DNA from: Sphagnum compactum
Lineage: Eukaryota
NCBI GenBank assembly: GCA_965153455.1
Contig: OZ234493.1
Span: 20,450,213-20,514,212 of the forward strand
Length of the DNA: 64,000 nucleotides
Direction: 5' to 3'
Under the pieces are notes generated by a model. It was not told the DNA's origin and did no database searches. It was given only the letters and a program-made list of their open reading frames with translations. Positions within the stretch are counted from its first letter, which is position 1. Every line of letters starts with the position of its first letter. Below, piece by piece: positions 61,939 through 64,000 of this stretch. A program made the translations under genes and the position numbers.

Positions 61939-64000
61939 TGAGGCCATTGTTAGCTGACTCAAAACTCAACTCACTTTTTGCTTTTTTATTCTTTTATCAT
62001 GATCCCGGTGGGTACCTGCTGGGTATCATGGTTAAAAAATAACAAGGGCATTAATTTCAAAATGCCCACTCGTTGCTAACACCCAATTACGGCATATAAT
62101 GTGCCCTCTATTTATGCCACTACAAAGTGTGGAGGGTTTTACCCTAAGGAACACCTTCAGATTAGCCTCAGAGCGGCCTTGACCATTGAAATACAAAATG
62201 CCTGATTGAAATGGTCATAGTGGTACTAGTTCAAGTTACAAGCCCATGCAAAGAAATGTCAGTGTAAGAAAGCTGCCTGCCTAGCTCTTCCATGGGGTTC
62301 CCATGTAAGGATGTGTAATAAGGCCAGTGTACGGGAAGAAAGAATTTTCACTACTTCCATGCTTGACAAAAAAAGACTGGTCAAGAGATCACAAGTGACG
62401 TGCCACCTACCTTCTTGATTCAGAAGCCCAGAAGGGAGAGTAAGAGTAACTCTGGGCTTGAATTTTGGTGTGAGTATTTTTTTTTATGCAGTAAAAGAGA
62501 AAGGAACAACAGGACACACATGGAGAGTTATTGACCAAGATGATGAAAAGAACACAAGCTTGAAATTCCTCCTGGAATCATCATTTGGTTGTTGATGTGA
62601 ACATTCTTTGTGTGCAGCAAGCCTGGTTAGTCACATCACAGGAGCCCTCAATTGCAACAATGCACCAACACTCATAAGATCTGCTCCAAAATGTCAAAGG
62701 TAAACTTCTCTATCTAGTGAGGAAAACTTCTTTTGAAGAATGTAATATGACGATAAATTTGGAACATAAACCTCATTATTACATTCTTGTGTTTTTGGGA
62801 GAAGAACATGTGGCCAAAAAATTTGCAAGGGTGATGTACATGCTATGCACTATGCTCTAACACACACCTCTCCAAGCACACACTAGAAACCTGCACAAAG
62901 AAGGCTGGTACCAACAAGAAGACCCTTAAGGCAAGCAGTCTGCCATGCCCAATACATTGTGACCAACCTTGTTTCTACAACATTCAAATTGCCACATAGT
63001 GTGCTTACTACACAATTCGCACAATTTGCTGCAAGTTAACCAATCATGTGAAATTTACGAAATCCATTTAACACCCATTGTGCACTGCAGCAACCATGAA
63101 TCCTACTCACATGGCAAAGAGTTTTTTTTTTAAGAAAATGAGAAATGAGCAACATTGAGGACTACCCACAATAGGGTGCGGGTGAAAAGATCATAGAGTT
63201 GTGCAACAGAAGTTCATGGCTTCAGTATGTTTCACCAACGTACACACATGAACATATTCCAAAGGAAAATTTGTTGAAAACCAAAGCTCATTCCAATCTA
63301 AACAACAAAAAGCTCAGTGAGCTTGTGAGAGCTTTTTAGAGTCCAACTGCTTTAAGATATTACTACCTCACATTATTATTATCTCCATGTGTTCTTGTCT
63401 GTTCTAACAACCTGCACACATATGACCAATTGCCATCCTCAAAACAATAATTTAAACCTTCGTTCTCTACATATTACCATTTAGAGCTTCTCTTTTCCTA
63501 CTGTTCCAGAACTTTTTCCATTATCATGCAGCATCAGGCTTCTAAAATCTTTACTGGTCACAAATTTCCCTACCCTTTTGGCCATCAGCACTTCAAAACT
63601 TTTCTCTCCATCAATGTCACATTCAAATAAGATTCATCTTCAAGTGCTTAAATCCAGCTCTCAGTAAGTAGCCTCCCACCTCTAATTGTAGCCTTACTAG
63701 CCTAAACCAACTACCCATTGATTCAAGTACTCTAACTCCATTTTGATGTCATTCATGCGGCCACTCCCTCATTAAAATTTTGTGTCCCTGCAAAAATCAA
63801 CTGATGAAATTGTAGCCTTTGAACACTTGCATCTCACAGCCTGGGGCCTTTCCCATTCCTCTCCATCACCATCAAGTGCACCACACATACTCAACTTCAT
63901 TCATCAATGCTCTGATTGCCTTGCTCATCCTTGGAACCCAAGAAATTGTAATGGCCTTCCTAGTAAAGATCCAGACCCTTGTTTTTCACTGGCTTGTCCA

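Noticed and set aside
62400..64000. Possible decayed gene at the right edge
   Set aside because: There is no ORF of 60 aa or more and no motif I could recognise. A frameshift-aware BLASTX is needed.

Overview
Eukaryotic, AT-rich land-plant nuclear DNA. The gene style (poly-Q tracts, intron pattern, repeat families) suggests a moss, possibly Sphagnum; this is inference. Positions 1-~37,000 are a decayed, nested transposon block. It holds a full-length ~11.65 kb non-chromoviral Ty3/Gypsy element (+, both LTRs, PBS, PPT, long extra ORF after pol) inserted antiparallel into a related Gypsy element (-). Both carry a copy of the same ~275-bp MITE with 4-bp target duplications. The block also has several CACTA ends, Helitron-like inserts and a Sola2-like transposase relic. 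The right half has two apparently intact convergent genes: a 4-exon NIN-like protein (NLP; +, 38029-41996) and a 23-exon full-size ABCG/PDR transporter (-, 58032-43455). The most notable observations are: a decayed duplicate of the ABCG last exon lying antisense just after the NLP stop; a 45-bp tandem repeat making three mini-uORFs upstream of NLP; inverted intronic repeats bracketing ABCG exons 7-11; a 78-bp TTAA/CCC piggyBac-type mini-element; and a possible Sola2 transposase/MITE pair. All alignments were done by eye; no database searches were run.
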